Origin: an uncultured Selenomonadales bacterium
GTDB taxonomy: Bacteria; Bacillota; Negativicutes; Selenomonadales; Selenomonadaceae
Direction of reading: 5' to 3'
Assembly: GCA_946543495.1 (NCBI GenBank)
Contig: CAMNLS010000001.1
Coordinates: 1 to 51,858, forward strand
DNA length: 51,858 bases
The notes under the pieces are model-generated. The model saw nothing but the letters and a program-made list of their open reading frames with translations, made no database searches and was not told where the DNA came from. The position numbers were made by a program, and so were the translations under genes. Positions 8,659 to 18,155 of this stretch are shown here, in pieces; within the stretch, counting starts at the first letter, position 1, and the number at the start of each line of letters is the position of its first letter.

Positions 8659-9528
8659 ATGGCTGTTGAAACTGCTAACTCACTCGAAAGAAGCAGTGTT
8701 ATTATCAGCGTCTTCAGTACGACGCCCGGCATTGGCAAAACTATAATTGCAATTAATTTGGCGGCGGGGCTTGCTCATGAAGGCTACAAGGTTTGCCTGT
8801 GCGATTTGGATTTGCAGTTCGGCGACGTATTAAATTACCTTAAGATTACTTCTGAAACAGAGCTTACCTCTGAAAAAACTGTCGCTGGTGCTCAACGCTA
8901 CTTGCTCGATCACCCCAATAAATTCAATATCAAAGATTTTCTTATTGACTATACTCAAGGCAATGTAACTTTTTCAATTCTGCCTGCGCCGCTTTACGTT
9001 TTCGACGCCTATCAAATCGATGTTCAAATCATCTCGAACATTATTGGGCGGCTAAACTTCTTTGACTATATTATCCTCGACCTTAACTCAATGTTCAGTG
9101 CCTTGAATTTAGAAATGCTTGATATAAGCACGGTTATAAACTATGTTGGCGTTATAGACTTCCTGCCTGCGCTAAAAAATTATAAGGTTGGTTACGATAC
9201 GTTGATTCGTTTTGAATACGAAGAAAGTAAGATTCGTCTCGTTGAAAACCGCGCCGATTCACAAAAACTCATTGAAGGTCGCGACGTAGAAAAACTTTTG
9301 GGCGAACCATTTTATCACAGGCTGCCAAACGATTATCCGTCTGTCAATAAATCAATTAATAGCGGGCAACCTTTAATGTTCGCCGCACCAGATTCAAAGC
9401 TAACCAAAAGTTTTGATGAACTCGTCGGGCTTTACACTAACCGCCCAAAATCAGTTCTGCAGGGCGAAGGACAAACGTCAAGCAGTGGCGGATTATTTAG
9501 TAAAATCAAGAGCTGGTTCGGATTCTGA
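8659..9528 (+). CDS. ParA/MinD-like ATPase of the TadZ/CpaE family (no receiver domain)
   Basis: 289-aa ORF. Walker A 'STTPGIGKT' keeps the P-loop Lys but has Thr at the signature-Lys position. 'CLCDLDLQFGDV' as in CpaE/TadZ. Strong RBS AGGAGG. Confidence 0.75.
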   Translation: MAVETANSLERSSVIISVFSTTPGIGKTIIAINLAAGLAHEGYKVCLCDLDLQFGDVLNYLKITSETELTSEKTVAGAQRYLLDHPNKFNIKDFLIDYTQGNVTFSILPAPLYVFDAYQIDVQIISNIIGRLNFFDYIILDLNSMFSALNLEMLDISTVINYVGVIDFLPALKNYKVGYDTLIRFEYEESKIRLVENRADSQKLIEGRDVEKLLGEPFYHRLPNDYPSVNKSINSGQPLMFAAPDSKLTKSFDELVGLYTNRPKSVLQGEGQTSSSGGLFSKIKSWFGF

Positions 9529-9563
9529 TTGAATAAAATTTTTGCGTAGGAGGATTAAAAGTT

Positions 9564-10670
9564 TTGGCTTATCGAGTGATTGTAATTGAAGACGATCCTG
9601 TTATGCTTGAAGAGATTGTTGCCGTCCTTAGACGTTCGCCTGATTTTGAAGTTGCGTCGACTTATAAACAAGCACACGCCGCGATTAATCCTTCGGCGAT
9701 GTTTCAACCCAACTTGTTTCTTATGAACGTCGATAACGAAGAGATGCTTGATATGGTGCCCGACTTTGTCGACAGATTTCCGAAAGCTTATATCTTGGGC
9801 ATGATGAACCAATGGGATCCTCTTGTCGCCCAAAGAGTGGCGCAAGGTGGCGGGACGGGCTGTATCTTGAAACCATTCACTGCCAAGGACATTCTTGAGC
9901 ATCTTCAAGTTTACGCCAGCCGTGGAAAGAATAAGCCCGCCAAATTAATTTCCTTCTTCAGCCCAAAAGGGCGTGCTGGGCGAACAACTTTAGCCGCGAT
10001 TCTTGCGTTGCTCATTGCAGAGAAGACTGGCGAACGTGTCGCATTAATTGACGCCGATTTACAATTCGGAGACCTGCCGATTTTCTTCGACTTGGAGCCA
10101 AAGCGTACAGTTATCGACGCCACGCAAGATATAAGATTGTTGACGCCCGTGACGTTCGCACCATATTTTTATCCGATTAAAAAAGGTGTCTCGCTCCTTA
10201 GCAGTCCCGATCGTCCGGAGTATGCCGAGCTTGTCACGCCCGAAGGTCTAGTTGAAGTTGTAATGATGACAGGTAATATCTTCCGCTATGTGCTTGTTGA
10301 CTTGCCGTCGGGTTTTAATCCATTGGCTCTCAACATATGTCGCATTTCCAACTTAGTTTTTATCACCACAATGATTAACAGCGGTTTCGAGATTAAACAC
10401 GCTAGGAAGGCAATGGACATGTTTGCGCAACAAGACGACGGGCGGCGCAAGGTTCATGCGGTCTTTACTCGTGTTAATCCCTTCACAGAAGAGAACCGCA
10501 AAAAAATCTCGGAGCAACTCGGCTATCCTGTCGACTATATGATTCCTAATGAATACAAAATGATTTCTGTCGCTAACAGCGGTCGTCTTGCGCAGGGCTT
10601 GCCGAAAGATACTCTTTTAATGCAGACGATTAGCGGCATGGCAGATAAAATTATTGCCGCGAAGGAGTGA
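9564..10670 (+). CDS. tadZ: TadZ/CpaE pilus localisation protein with pseudo-receiver N-domain
   Basis: 368-aa ORF with TTG start after AGGAGG. N-terminal CheY-like fold 'RVIVIEDDPVMLEEI' whose acceptor position reads 'LFLMNVD' (Asn, not Asp). ATPase domain Walker A is 'SPKGRAGRT' (P-loop Lys replaced by Arg). 'LIDADLQFGDL'. Confidence 0.8.
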   Translation: MAYRVIVIEDDPVMLEEIVAVLRRSPDFEVASTYKQAHAAINPSAMFQPNLFLMNVDNEEMLDMVPDFVDRFPKAYILGMMNQWDPLVAQRVAQGGGTGCILKPFTAKDILEHLQVYASRGKNKPAKLISFFSPKGRAGRTTLAAILALLIAEKTGERVALIDADLQFGDLPIFFDLEPKRTVIDATQDIRLLTPVTFAPYFYPIKKGVSLLSSPDRPEYAELVTPEGLVEVVMMTGNIFRYVLVDLPSGFNPLALNICRISNLVFITTMINSGFEIKHARKAMDMFAQQDDGRRKVHAVFTRVNPFTEENRKKISEQLGYPVDYMIPNEYKMISVANSGRLAQGLPKDTLLMQTISGMADKIIAAKE

Positions 10671-10676
10671 GGATAA

Positions 10677-11639
10677 ATGGTTTTCCTCATCGCATTAGTT
10701 GGCGCAGTGGCAACTTTTACTTTTATATTTCTAGTCTTAACCCTTATTAAGAAACGTAACAAGATAGATATTTTCAAACGTCTTCGCAGGCATGTTGATG
10801 TTGACGCAAATAAAGGTCAAGGCGAAGATGAAGATATTATCCGCCGCATTTCTAATTTCATTAAGCGTATGGCAAATCCTATTTCAGATTGGGAAATCTC
10901 GAAGAAATTGGACTTCCGCCTTAGGCAAGCAGGCATTCCGTTATTCGGAGCAGAGTTCATCATTCTTTGCTTATTGTGTGCTATAGTGGGCGGCGGCGTT
11001 ACTTTCGTTATCACGCTGAATTTATCGGTTGCGTTGCTTGCGGCTGTGGCGATACCGCTCGGCTTGTGGATGTGGAGTGCAATAGCAATAAATAAAAGGC
11101 GGAACTCTTTTACCGAACAGCTAAGCGATTGCTTAACAACGGTTGCAAACGCATTGCGCGCAGGCTACAGCTTTCAACAGGCAATGGACGTTGTGGCTCG
11201 TGAAATGGAACCGCCCATGAGCACTGAATTTGAACGCGTCTCAACTGACGTGGCAATGGGCGTAACGTTGGAAGAGGCACTGGAGCAAATGAACGTTCGA
11301 GTTGCTAGCCCAGACTTTGATCTCGTTGTTACGGCGGTTCTGATTCAGCGTGAAGTAGGTGGTAACCTTGCTCAAATACTCGACACAATCAGTGAAACAA
11401 TCAACGAACGAATCCGCATGAAACGTGAGATTAATGCGCTGACTGCACAAGGTAGATTTTCTGCATGGGTATTAATCTTGTTGCCGTTCGTCGTTGCCAT
11501 ATTCTGTTACTTCTTCAATCACGATCAGACAATGATGTTGTTTACTGAGGAGTCGGGGCGCATTGCTCTTGCAGCCGCACTAATTATGGAAATTGTAGGC
11601 TACGTAGTCATTCAGCGCATTGTTGACATCGAAATATAA
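10677..11639 (+). CDS. tadB: Tad pilus inner-membrane platform protein TadB (T2SS-F domain)
   Basis: 320-aa ORF with TM segments flanking a T2SSF-like cytoplasmic domain ('LRAGYSFQQAMD', 'REVGGNLAQILD'). Confidence 0.85.
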   Translation: MVFLIALVGAVATFTFIFLVLTLIKKRNKIDIFKRLRRHVDVDANKGQGEDEDIIRRISNFIKRMANPISDWEISKKLDFRLRQAGIPLFGAEFIILCLLCAIVGGGVTFVITLNLSVALLAAVAIPLGLWMWSAIAINKRRNSFTEQLSDCLTTVANALRAGYSFQQAMDVVAREMEPPMSTEFERVSTDVAMGVTLEEALEQMNVRVASPDFDLVVTAVLIQREVGGNLAQILDTISETINERIRMKREINALTAQGRFSAWVLILLPFVVAIFCYFFNHDQTMMLFTEESGRIALAAALIMEIVGYVVIQRIVDIEI

Positions 11640-11655
11640 ATTTTTGTTTAATGGC

Positions 11656-11684
11656 TTGAATTTCTTACATGAATGTTTTATAAT
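11656..11684 (+). promoter_or_regulatory. Sigma70-type promoter for the flp pilin gene (TTGAAT-17 nt-TATAAT)
   Basis: -35 TTGAAT at 11656-11661 and -10 TATAAT at 11679-11684, about 100 nt upstream of the flp ATG. Confidence 0.45.
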
Positions 11685-11786
11685 GCCTATCGCTTAAGCT
11701 TTGAATTGGCTGACTGTGACAGAATCAGTCATCAAGGATAGAGGCTTTAATCAAAGGATAGAGTTTAAGTTTGGAGGAGATATTCT

Positions 11787-12005
11787 ATGATTAAGTACAT
11801 TGATAAGTTGATCAAGAAGCTCAAAGCTTCGGAAAAAGGTCAAGGCATGGTTGAGTACGCGCTCATTATTGCTTTCGTCGCGGCTATCGCTATCGTCGCC
11901 CTCAATAACGGTCTCGGCAAGGCTGTCGACAATGCTTTCAGTGGCGCAGCCGATATGGTTAATTCTGCGTCTAGTGCTGCAGGAACATGGGCAACCCATA
12001 AGTGA
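11787..12005 (+). CDS. flp: Flp-family type IVb pilin
   Basis: 72-aa ORF. Flp processing motif G/xxxxEY in 'EKGQG|MVEYALIIAFVAAIAIVAL'. RBS GGAGGAG. Confidence 0.9.
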   Translation: MIKYIDKLIKKLKASEKGQGMVEYALIIAFVAAIAIVALNNGLGKAVDNAFSGAADMVNSASSAAGTWATHK

Positions 12006-12060
12006 TGAAGAGGACAGACCAAAACTAAATAAGAAACGATTGGCTTAACAAAACTTTATG

Positions 12061-12095
12061 AGCTTCCGAAAATTTTTTTTGGAAGCTCTTTTTTC
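12061..12095 (+). terminator. Rho-independent terminator/attenuator downstream of flp
   Basis: Perfect 8-bp stem GAGCTTCC/GGAAGCTC (12061-12068 and 12082-12089) followed by TTTTTT (12090-12095). It lies inside the annotated 5' part of ORF 12058..12564, which argues for the downstream ATG. Confidence 0.7.
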
Positions 12096-12114
12096 AGAGA
12101 GGCGGGCGATATTT

Positions 12115-12564
12115 ATGAAGAGGCAACGCGGACAGTCAGCATTGGAATTTGCGCTTATGTCGCCGCTTATTTTGCTGATTGTTTTTGGGGCAATTTACGG
12201 AGGCATAATGTTCCTTCAATTCATGAACTACAGTAACGAAGCTCGCACCATTGCCAGAGAAATAGCCGTAGCGAGTACAACACCAGGAATAGATGGAAAA
12301 TCTGAAAGAACAAAAAAGGTAGAACGATATAACGGAGTCGCGGCGAACTCTGAAGGAGAGATTCTCGGCGGTATCTACAAAGTGACGCTGACGACCACTC
12401 TTTTAAAAAAGGATGAGACTACTGAAGAACTTGTTCCCACTACTTCCAATGATACTGAAGCAGACGAAGTAGGCGTGAGATTTGAGTTTGATCACGGACA
12501 CGATTTTCCCTTTGGTTTTCCGCCGAGGACTTTTGCGGCGTCTTATCGTATGCAACTTGAATAA
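12115..12564 (+). CDS. tadE: TadE-like pseudopilin
   Basis: TadE N-terminus 'RGQSALEFALMSPLILLIVFG'. Start moved to ATG 12115 because the 12058 start would run through the terminator hairpin. Confidence 0.75.
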   Translation: MKRQRGQSALEFALMSPLILLIVFGAIYGGIMFLQFMNYSNEARTIAREIAVASTTPGIDGKSERTKKVERYNGVAANSEGEILGGIYKVTLTTTLLKKDETTEELVPTTSNDTEADEVGVRFEFDHGHDFPFGFPPRTFAASYRMQLE

Positions 12565-12590
12565 AATTAACGCAGGGGGTTGAAAAATCT

Positions 12591-14096
12591 ATGTCAAGAT
12601 CTCTGTCGTTGCTTGAAAGGCTTGGCGGCAAAACTAAAGAGGATAAGCCGCAACATCATGCGTCAGGTGAACGCCAGCATTTACCCAAACCAGAAGCAGC
12701 AAAACATTCGTCAAATCCACACTCTGATTACACAGAAAAACAAATTCAACAAGAACGCGAAGCGGCGTTAGAAGCCTCGGCATTCGCTGGTAGACGTGCA
12801 TTGACTTCTAGAACGGATGTAATGCAAGAATTAAAGCTTGCAGTTCACCGCCGCATTGTTGATGAGATGACGCCTGAAGAACAAAATGTTCTAGTTCGCG
12901 GCGAAGAGGCACGAGAGCAAATAAAAAATATCATCTCGGTCTACAGCAATAGGGAATTGGCGGAAAGTGCTTACACTCTATCACGCGGTGAAAGAATTCA
13001 GCTTGTCGACGATATCAGTAACGAATTACTCGGACTTGGACCGCTTGAACCACTACTTCAAAATGACAGCATAACAGAAATAATGGTCAACGGACCGAAG
13101 CAAATTTTTATCGAACAAAAAGGCAAGCTCAAACTCAGTGACGTTCATTTCTATGACAACGCGCATTTAATGAACATTATCGAACGCATTTTGACGCCGC
13201 TTGGTCGTCGTGTTGATGAGTCTAGCCCGTTGGTTGACGCCCGTCTTGCTGATGGTTCTCGTGTTAATATCATTATCCCGCCGCTGTCATTGGTAGGACC
13301 GGTTGTTACTATCCGAAAGTTTTCCAAGAATGCATTATCAATTCACGATCTTGTTAGCTTCGGCACGCTAAGCGAGGATATGGGCAAATTCTTGGATTGT
13401 TGCGTTAAAGCGCGATTGAATATCTTGGTATCGGGTGGTACTGGTTCTGGTAAGACAACAACGCTTAACGTGCTTTCGTCGTTTATTCCAGAGACGGACA
13501 GAATAGTCACTATTGAGGACGCGGCGGAACTTAGGCTTCAGCAAACGCACGTTGTTACGTTGGAAAGTCGTCCAGCGAACTTGGAAGGACACGGCGCGAT
13601 AACAATCCGCGACCTTGTGAAGAATGCACTGCGTATGCGTCCTGATAGAATAATCGTCGGTGAGGTTCGTGCGGGTGAGGCTCTTGACATGTTGCAAGCA
13701 ATGAATACTGGTCACGATGGTTCCTTGACGACGGCGCACGCTAACACGCCCCGCGACGTTCTCAGCCGTCTTGAAACAATGGTTTTAATGGCTGGCATGG
13801 AACTTCCCGTTCGCGCAGTTAGAACGCAAGTGTCTTCGGCGATTGATTTAATCCTCCAGCAGTCAAGAATTCGTGACGGCTCAAGGAAGATAACATATAT
13901 AACTGAAGTTCAAGGCATGGAAGGCGACACGATTATTTTGCAAGACCTTTTCCGCTATGTTCAAGACTACATCGATGAGAAAGGAAAATCCGTTGGGCAC
14001 TATGAGAGTATGGGGCTGATGCCGAACTTTATGGATAAATTCCAAATGAATGGTATCGACTTGCCGCCGTCGTTTTTCCAAAGCGGGCGGAGGTGA
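12591..14096 (+). CDS. tadA: Tad pilus secretion ATPase TadA/CpaF
   Basis: 501-aa ORF. Walker A 'VSGGTGSGKTTTLN', 'IVTIEDAAEL', Walker B 'RPDRIIVGEVR' and His box 'GHDGSLTTAHAN', typical of CpaF/VirB11-type ATPases. Confidence 0.9.
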   Translation: MSRSLSLLERLGGKTKEDKPQHHASGERQHLPKPEAAKHSSNPHSDYTEKQIQQEREAALEASAFAGRRALTSRTDVMQELKLAVHRRIVDEMTPEEQNVLVRGEEAREQIKNIISVYSNRELAESAYTLSRGERIQLVDDISNELLGLGPLEPLLQNDSITEIMVNGPKQIFIEQKGKLKLSDVHFYDNAHLMNIIERILTPLGRRVDESSPLVDARLADGSRVNIIIPPLSLVGPVVTIRKFSKNALSIHDLVSFGTLSEDMGKFLDCCVKARLNILVSGGTGSGKTTTLNVLSSFIPETDRIVTIEDAAELRLQQTHVVTLESRPANLEGHGAITIRDLVKNALRMRPDRIIVGEVRAGEALDMLQAMNTGHDGSLTTAHANTPRDVLSRLETMVLMAGMELPVRAVRTQVSSAIDLILQQSRIRDGSRKITYITEVQGMEGDTIILQDLFRYVQDYIDEKGKSVGHYESMGLMPNFMDKFQMNGIDLPPSFFQSGRR

Positions 14097-14102
14097 CGTT
14101 CA

Positions 14103-15107
14103 ATGGCTTTATTCGGTATTGCACTGGTTGCCTCGTTATTGTTCGCTTTCTTAGTAAGTATTGGAATTTTGTATTTTCAGCAAAACCCCGAAGCGCAGTT
14201 GCGAAAACGTCTGAACGAGATGATTGTTCAAGCGGAGGCGGAACGTGCCAAAAATCCTAAGAAGCGGAAAAATAAAACGCCGACCGTCATCGAAACGGCA
14301 CCGAACGCCGCAGTACAAGTAATCGCACAACCACGCAACAACAACAGTTTCAAGGCTCGCGTGATTCAACCGATTATAAATTCCTTAGACGAACGCTTTC
14401 AAAAGTTAGCACCCAAAGAGATTAAAGCTCAGCTGGAAGATAAAATTTTCCGCGCAGGCAAGACAGGTGTTTGGAGTGTTACTCGACTCGTAACTATTTG
14501 GGTTTTGTCAATTATCGGTTTCACGGGTATTGCAATCTTTATGCTTCAGGGCGTGATGATTCATCCCGTCCAGCAATTGTTCATAATCGTTTTGGCAATG
14601 TTTATGGGTGCGGCAATTCCGTTTGTCATTTTGAATTCGACGATTAGAAAGCGCAAGAAAAATATCCGCCGTCAACTTCCCGAATTCCTCGACTTGCTTT
14701 GTGTCAGTGTTCAAGCAGGACTTTCATTTGATGGCGCAGTCAATAAAATGACTAAACGCATGAAAGGTCCGCTTATCGACGAATTTAACCGAATGCAAAA
14801 TGATATTGCACTCGGCATGACTCATCAATACGCGTTGACAAATTTGGCGCGGCGGTGTGATTTGGAAGAAGTTTATTTATTTACAACGTCTGTAATTCAA
14901 GCGGAGAAGTTAGGAACGAGCATGACGCGGACGCTTAAACAGCAGGCGGACAATATGCGCGATCGCCATCGCCAGTGGGTCAAGGGTGAAGCTTTAAAAG
15001 CTCCTGTCAAAATAATTTTCCCAATGATTTTGTTTATCTTTCCGTCAATATTCGTTGTTCTTCTCTTCCCTGCAATGATTTCCCTTATAAGAGCTTTTAA
15101 CGGCTAA
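14103..15107 (+). CDS. tadC: Tad pilus inner-membrane platform protein TadC (T2SS-F domain)
   Basis: 334-aa ORF. T2SSF-like domain ('LPEFLDLLCVSVQAGLSFDGA', 'QAEKLGTSMTRTLK') flanked by TM segments. Confidence 0.85.
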   Translation: MALFGIALVASLLFAFLVSIGILYFQQNPEAQLRKRLNEMIVQAEAERAKNPKKRKNKTPTVIETAPNAAVQVIAQPRNNNSFKARVIQPIINSLDERFQKLAPKEIKAQLEDKIFRAGKTGVWSVTRLVTIWVLSIIGFTGIAIFMLQGVMIHPVQQLFIIVLAMFMGAAIPFVILNSTIRKRKKNIRRQLPEFLDLLCVSVQAGLSFDGAVNKMTKRMKGPLIDEFNRMQNDIALGMTHQYALTNLARRCDLEEVYLFTTSVIQAEKLGTSMTRTLKQQADNMRDRHRQWVKGEALKAPVKIIFPMILFIFPSIFVVLLFPAMISLIRAFNG

Positions 15108-15213
15108 ACGTTAAGAGTTCGCAAAATAATTTCCCCGTCAATATTTATTGACTTCGTCTTACTTTTAAAGTTGTCACATACTAAACCTTTGACGGGTGAG
15201 CTGGATTGAAATT

Positions 15214-16863
15214 ATGGAAATTAACAAAAGTATTCGAGCGAAACTCTTCGCCTTGTTTGTTATTATGGGAGCGATTCCGTTTCTCCTCCTCGTTGGTATT
15301 ACTGCAAACAGCACCTACGATGACTTGGATAATTATGCCAAAGATGCTGGGCGATTAAAAAATTATATCATCTCCGAACATATAACAGAATTAATCGAGA
15401 AAAATAGAATTGTTTTGCAGTCAGTTGCTTTGTCTCCTGAAGTAATACAATATATTCAAGAACCAACTCCTCAACGCCGTGAAATTGTCAGTAAGCTCTT
15501 GAATAATGTAAACAGCATCTTTGACGATACTAACTGTATGGCGTTGACTGGTGCCGATGCTTGGCAACTTATTCGCACAGACGACGCAACACTCGTAAAC
15601 TTGAGTAAACGCCAACATTTTAAAGAGGCGATGAAGGGCAAAAGTTATGTCACTGATATCATATCCAGCATGTCGACAGGGAGCATGATTATCGTCGTGG
15701 AATCTCCTGTGTTCAACGCCGAAGGCAAGCCTATTGGTATGGTGCAGAGAAATTTTGATTTAACCGCTCTGGAAGATTATATTAAAATCCTAGATGACGA
15801 AGAAACTTATATTGTCCTTATGGATAGATCAGGACATATTATTGCTAACTCTAGAAAAGTCGTACAAAATCAACCGGAATTAGTTACGGATAACAATTAC
15901 AAATTTATATTAGACAGGATTTATAACAGTTCAGGTGCCATTTATTTGAACGTTGACGGCGAAAAATCACTCGTTGCGTATTCTCGAAATGTCAATACAG
16001 GTTGGACGGTTATATCGGTTCGTCCTTATCGTCAACTTATGGAAACCGTCTTTGATAAATCAGTAAAAGCACTTATCTTTGGTCTGGTTATGTTGTTCTT
16101 CGGTGTTTTAGCGGCTTATGTAGCGACTTTCCAAGTGACAAAACCGCTTATTGAGATGACAAACGTCGTTGATGACATTATCAGCGGTAAAAAGGGCGTT
16201 GAAAAAATAGATATCTCTTCAAATGACGAACTTGGGCAAATGGCAGCTGCTTTCAACAGGATAAAATCCGACCGGGATACCTTTCGCTCGGAGGCTGAGA
16301 TTGATAAACTCACAGGGCTTTTTAACAAAAAGACGATGGAAATGCTCTGTAAGATGAAGTTGAAGGCTTTCAAGGAATCTTTAAAAAATAATGCAGAGAC
16401 GACTAGTTTAATAGCGTTTTACATAATCGACTTGGATCATTTTAAAGAAGTTAATGATCTTTTAGGACATCAATTCGGCGACAAAGTATTGATTGAGTTT
16501 TCAAAGGGTTTGAAGAAAATCTTCCGTCCGAATGATTACATAGGACGTTTCGGCGGCGATGAGTTTGTTGTTATAGTTGATGGTTTGCCAAATATGGAAG
16601 TCGTTTGTCGTAAAGCCACACAGATTAATGACATTGCAACTAACTTGGCAATTGATGGAAAAGCTAGAATTGTAACGGCGAGTGTCGGCATTTCGGTTGC
16701 TCCAAAAAATGGACTTGATTACGATACTTTGTTTGCGGCGGCAGATAAAGCAGTTTACTTTGTTAAAAACCACGGCAAGAATAATTACCATTGCGATCTA
16801 CTGGACGATAAAAAAGACGACGATGAAGACGACGACAGTAAAAAAGAAATAGAACCTACGTAA
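15214..16863 (+). CDS. Membrane-bound diguanylate cyclase (Cache sensor - HAMP - GGDEF)
   Basis: TM helix, periplasmic Cache-like region, second TM, HAMP ('TKPLIEMTNVVDDI..NDELGQMAAAFNRI'). GGDEF domain has intact 'RFGGDEFVV' and I-site 'RPND' five residues upstream. Acidic C-tail. The ORF track starts at GTG 15196; ATG 15214 is preferred but uncertain. Confidence 0.85.
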   Translation: MEINKSIRAKLFALFVIMGAIPFLLLVGITANSTYDDLDNYAKDAGRLKNYIISEHITELIEKNRIVLQSVALSPEVIQYIQEPTPQRREIVSKLLNNVNSIFDDTNCMALTGADAWQLIRTDDATLVNLSKRQHFKEAMKGKSYVTDIISSMSTGSMIIVVESPVFNAEGKPIGMVQRNFDLTALEDYIKILDDEETYIVLMDRSGHIIANSRKVVQNQPELVTDNNYKFILDRIYNSSGAIYLNVDGEKSLVAYSRNVNTGWTVISVRPYRQLMETVFDKSVKALIFGLVMLFFGVLAAYVATFQVTKPLIEMTNVVDDIISGKKGVEKIDISSNDELGQMAAAFNRIKSDRDTFRSEAEIDKLTGLFNKKTMEMLCKMKLKAFKESLKNNAETTSLIAFYIIDLDHFKEVNDLLGHQFGDKVLIEFSKGLKKIFRPNDYIGRFGGDEFVVIVDGLPNMEVVCRKATQINDIATNLAIDGKARIVTASVGISVAPKNGLDYDTLFAAADKAVYFVKNHGKNNYHCDLLDDKKDDDEDDDSKKEIEPT

Positions 16864-16889
16864 GAAAATGAATCCTTTAGCTAAGACTA

Positions 16890-16926
16890 AAAAAACCCGC
16901 CTCTGTTTTTGAGGTGGGCTTTTTAT
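16890..16926. terminator. Bidirectional rho-independent terminator between the GGDEF gene and rpsI
   Basis: AAAAAAA-CCCGCCTC-tgttttt-GAGGTGGG-CTTTTT: 8-bp stem (one G-U) with an A-run upstream and a T-run downstream. Confidence 0.75.
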
Positions 16927-16943
16927 TGCATTCAATCCATTTA

Positions 16944-17336
16944 TTAACGTTTTGAGAACTGGGAAGCCTTGCGAGCTTTCTTGAGTCCGTATTTGCGACG
17001 TTCTTTTTCGCGCGGGTCGCGAGTGACGAAGCCAGCCTTCTTGAGTGCGGGACGCAAGTCGGCATCAAGCTCCATAAGTGCGCGGGTAATGCCGTGACGA
17101 ATTGCGCCAGCTTGACCGGTCGTGCCGCCGCCTTTAACGTTGGCAATTACGTCGTATTTATCATTCATCTCGGTGAGGACGAGCGGCTGACGAACAATCA
17201 GCTCCAAAGTCTTCAAGCCGAAGTATTCTTCCATTGCGCGATTGTTAATCGTGACTTTGCCGTCGCCCGGAACCAAACGAACGCGAGCAACTGAACTTTT
17301 GCGGCGGCCTGTGCCGTAGTAGCTTACTTGTGCCAT
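16944..17336 (-). CDS. rpsI: 30S ribosomal protein S9
   Basis: 130-aa ORF. '[14 protein letters not shown]', '[19 protein letters not shown]' and C-terminal '[12 protein letters not shown]'. Confidence 0.97.
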   Translation of the reverse strand: MAQVSYYGTGRRKSSVARVRLVPGDGKVTINNRAMEEYFGLKTLELIVRQPLVLTEMNDKYDVIANVKGGGTTGQAGAIRHGITRALMELDADLRPALKKAGFVTRDPREKERRKYGLKKARKASQFSKR

Positions 17337-17350
17337 ATAATATCCTCTCC

Positions 17351-17791
17351 TTAGCGCGTTTCAATTTTAAGTTCTTCGGGCTTCTGGGCGGCGTAGGGGT
17401 GCTTATCGCCCGCGAAGACGTGAAGTTTTCTAAACAAATCCGCGCCGAGTTTATTTTTCGGCAACATGCCCTTTACCGCGTGTTCAATGACGCGTTCGGG
17501 GAATTTTTGCATCCACTCGCCAGCAGTCGCATATTTGCCGCCGCCGAGATAGCCGCTGTGGTGGAAGTAAACTTTCTTGCGCAATTTCTTGCCAGTGAAT
17601 ACAGCCTTAGCCGCATTGATAACGATAACATAATCGCCCGTGTCGACATGAGGAGTAAACACAGGTTTATTTTTGCCGCGAAGAACCTTCGCGATTTCTG
17701 CCGCCATACGACCGACGGTTTTTCCTTCGGCGTCGACGATGTACCATTTCTTTTGAACGTCGCCCGCCTTTGCCATGTACGTATCTTTCAT
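17351..17791 (-). CDS. rplM: 50S ribosomal protein L13
   Basis: '[15 protein letters not shown]', '[19 protein letters not shown]', '[10 protein letters not shown]'. Start set at ATG 17791 (GGAGGAAAATC-ATG), not the longer 17875 ORF. Confidence 0.95.
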   Translation of the reverse strand: MKDTYMAKAGDVQKKWYIVDAEGKTVGRMAAEIAKVLRGKNKPVFTPHVDTGDYVIVINAAKAVFTGKKLRKKVYFHHSGYLGGGKYATAGEWMQKFPERVIEHAVKGMLPKNKLGADLFRKLHVFAGDKHPYAAQKPEELKIETR

Positions 17792-17915
17792 GATTTTCCT
17801 CCATGATTGACTGATTTGAACGCACGACGAAGTTCGCTTTTGTCCGGGGCTAATGGAAACATCGCAACCCGTCATACGTTCGCGATTGTAATAGAAACTT
17901 TTTGCGCTGTCAAGT

Positions 17916-18155
17916 TTACTTTATAAAGTTCAGATAAATTGCCAGCAGAATCAAACCAGGCACGCCGAACACGCCGACAATCAGCGCGTGAATAAAAGTT
18001 ATCTTTATCGTAACGAATCCTATAAAGTTCACGAAGTAAAGCATAACCGCGCCGATAACGCTGTTCCAAATTATCTTGAAGGGCAACTCGATAAAAAATT
18101 TAAGCGCGAGGATTATCAACAGCCCCGCAACCAATCCAATTGCAATTTCAATCAT
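17916..18155 (-). CDS. Small membrane protein, BofA-like (pro-sigmaK processing inhibitor family)
   Basis: About 79 aa with two hydrophobic helices. '[13 protein letters not shown]...[16 protein letters not shown]' resembles BofA-family proteins. Start at ATG 18155 after AAGGAG. Confidence 0.5.
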   Translation of the reverse strand: MIEIAIGLVAGLLIILALKFFIELPFKIIWNSVIGAVMLYFVNFIGFVTIKITFIHALIVGVFGVPGLILLAIYLNFIK

